Source of the DNA: a virus
Taxonomy: Duplodnaviria > Heunggongvirae > Uroviricota > Caudoviricetes
Reading direction: 5' to 3' (one strand)
Length of the DNA: 18,981 nt
IMG/VR virus record: IMGVR_UViG_2558860274_000004
Coordinates: 1-18,981 of that record
In this document: in pieces, positions 17,842 through 18,981 of the stretch
Layout: each line of letters starts with the position of its first letter
Position numbering within the stretch: the stretch's first letter is position 1
The notes under the pieces: model-generated
The model's database searches: none
What the model was told of the DNA's origin: nothing
Seen by the model: the letters and a program-made list of their open reading frames with translations, nothing else
Made by a program: the position numbers and the translations under genes

Positions 17842-18981
17842 TCAGTGTGCCACTACATAAACTTGCCATACACCTGGCAGTTTATGACCGAGCATTATTT
17901 CAGCAATATGAGGCGCAGTAAGATCAGAAAAGTTTGTTCGTGCTGTTCGTCTCAAATCATGAAGAGACCAATGAGGAAATTGATACCCCAAACGCCGCCA
18001 TGCGTACTGCATTAAATTGTAAGGCAGCGACTGCAATGATGTCCGACCAACTGGTTCCCTGCTTCCTTCCTTAGTAAAAAGCATATCGGAACCGTTGTTC
18101 ATAGAGATAACGTATTTTATAAGCTCTTCAACCGGTTCAATAATGGGCCGCTTTAGCGGTTCGCCTGTTATATCCCCTGTCTTATGTCGTTCTGGTGGTA
18201 CAGTCCATATTTTATTAATGAAATCAAAATCGTCCACCTTGGCAGTAATTAGCTCTGAACTACGGCAACCAAAATGCAGCAATAGTTTAATGAAGGCCCG
18301 GTATTTAGGAACCATTCGAGAACCATCGATCGCAGCATAAAGGATTTTAATTTCATCATGTGTCAGAAACCGTTTCTTCTGACCTTTACGGATATCCATA
18401 TCTTTACCCGTGATATCCGACAGCGGGCGAGTTTCAATGAGCTTTCTCTTATACGCCCAGACATGGGCCTGCTTTGCGTTAATTAGCAATCGGTCTGCTA
18501 TTGCTGGAGTCTTAGTGCTAAGAGGCTCCAGGACTTCTAACCAATCATGCAATGTAGCTGCATCGTGAGGGATATTCCCGATTTTAGAGAACAGGTGCAG
18601 CTCAAACGAGCGGAGTATCTGTTCAGAACCTTTTTTATTTTTTACACAATATGCTTCATACCAAGCACGGATCACAGATTCTACCGTCATGGCTTCAGTA
18701 GCTTTACGTTTTTCTGCCAGCTTGACCAATCGTGGATTGCGGTTTGACTCGAGTTCACCACGAAGACGGATAACTTCTTCTCTGGCCTCTTTTAGTCCAG
18801 TTGCCGGGTAAGTTCCGATATCAAGACGCTCACCTTTCCCCGCCCACTGATAACGATATTGGAACACTACGCGACCTTTCGGTGATACTCTAACAGACAG
18901 ACCATCACGATCGGATTTAACCAAAACCTTATCACGTTCCTTTCCAACGACTGAACGCAACCACGCATCAGACAGCGCCAT
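17842..18981 (-). CDS. int: tyrosine integrase, P4-like; C-terminal tail replaced by IS-derived codons after insertion
   Basis: ATG at the window edge (18979-18981). N-terminus MALSDAWLRSVVGKERDKVLVKSDRDGLSVRVSPKGRVVFQYRYQWAGKGERL is arm-binding-like. Catalytic region ...HDLRRTARTNF...LGHKLPGVWQVY. After the Tyr codon the frame runs into the IS end (VVAH-stop at 17842-17844). Native continuation lies at 16506-16608. Confidence 0.85.
   Translation of the reverse strand: MALSDAWLRSVVGKERDKVLVKSDRDGLSVRVSPKGRVVFQYRYQWAGKGERLDIGTYPATGLKEAREEVIRLRGELESNRNPRLVKLAEKRKATEAMTVESVIRAWYEAYCVKNKKGSEQILRSFELHLFSKIGNIPHDAATLHDWLEVLEPLSTKTPAIADRLLINAKQAHVWAYKRKLIETRPLSDITGKDMDIRKGQKKRFLTHDEIKILYAAIDGSRMVPKYRAFIKLLLHFGCRSSELITAKVDDFDFINKIWTVPPERHKTGDITGEPLKRPIIEPVEELIKYVISMNNGSDMLFTKEGSREPVGRTSLQSLPYNLMQYAWRRLGYQFPHWSLHDLRRTARTNFSDLTAPHIAEIMLGHKLPGVWQVYVVAH

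Noticed and set aside
17858-18981. A tRNA gene or att core within the window next to the integrase
   Set aside because: The integrase start codon lies at the window edge, so the expected tRNA and attachment site would be beyond position 18981; nothing tRNA-like was recognisable inside the window.

Overview
This window reads as a degraded, mosaic lambdoid-type prophage or integrative island, probably enterobacterial, carrying two IS insertions and at least one strong anti-phage defence candidate. A minus-strand operon (cro-like, CII-like, small ORF, O-like replication initiator with internal iterons, RusA-motif ORF, DUF968-like protein, frameshifted Q-like antiterminator) diverges from a plus-strand LexA-type cI-like repressor across an operator-rich intergenic region. 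Downstream of cI lie a long untranslated leader with intrinsic terminators and early-left-type genes (small protein, DUF2303-like, HD hydrolase, two DUF551-type proteins), the last split by an IS66-family element with an 8-bp target duplication. At the right end a P4-type tyrosine integrase is split near its catalytic-Tyr codon by an IS911-like IS3-family element with a 3-bp duplication. Immediately downstream of the integrase sits a 1275-aa protein with an N-terminal SIR2-like NAD-binding domain and a roughly 1000-aa unassigned C-terminal region, the best candidate for a single-gene NAD-depleting anti-phage system. The left edge holds a visibly AT-rich orphan gene (410 aa) of unknown function. 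All family assignments come from reading motifs in the supplied translations and from memory; no database search was run.
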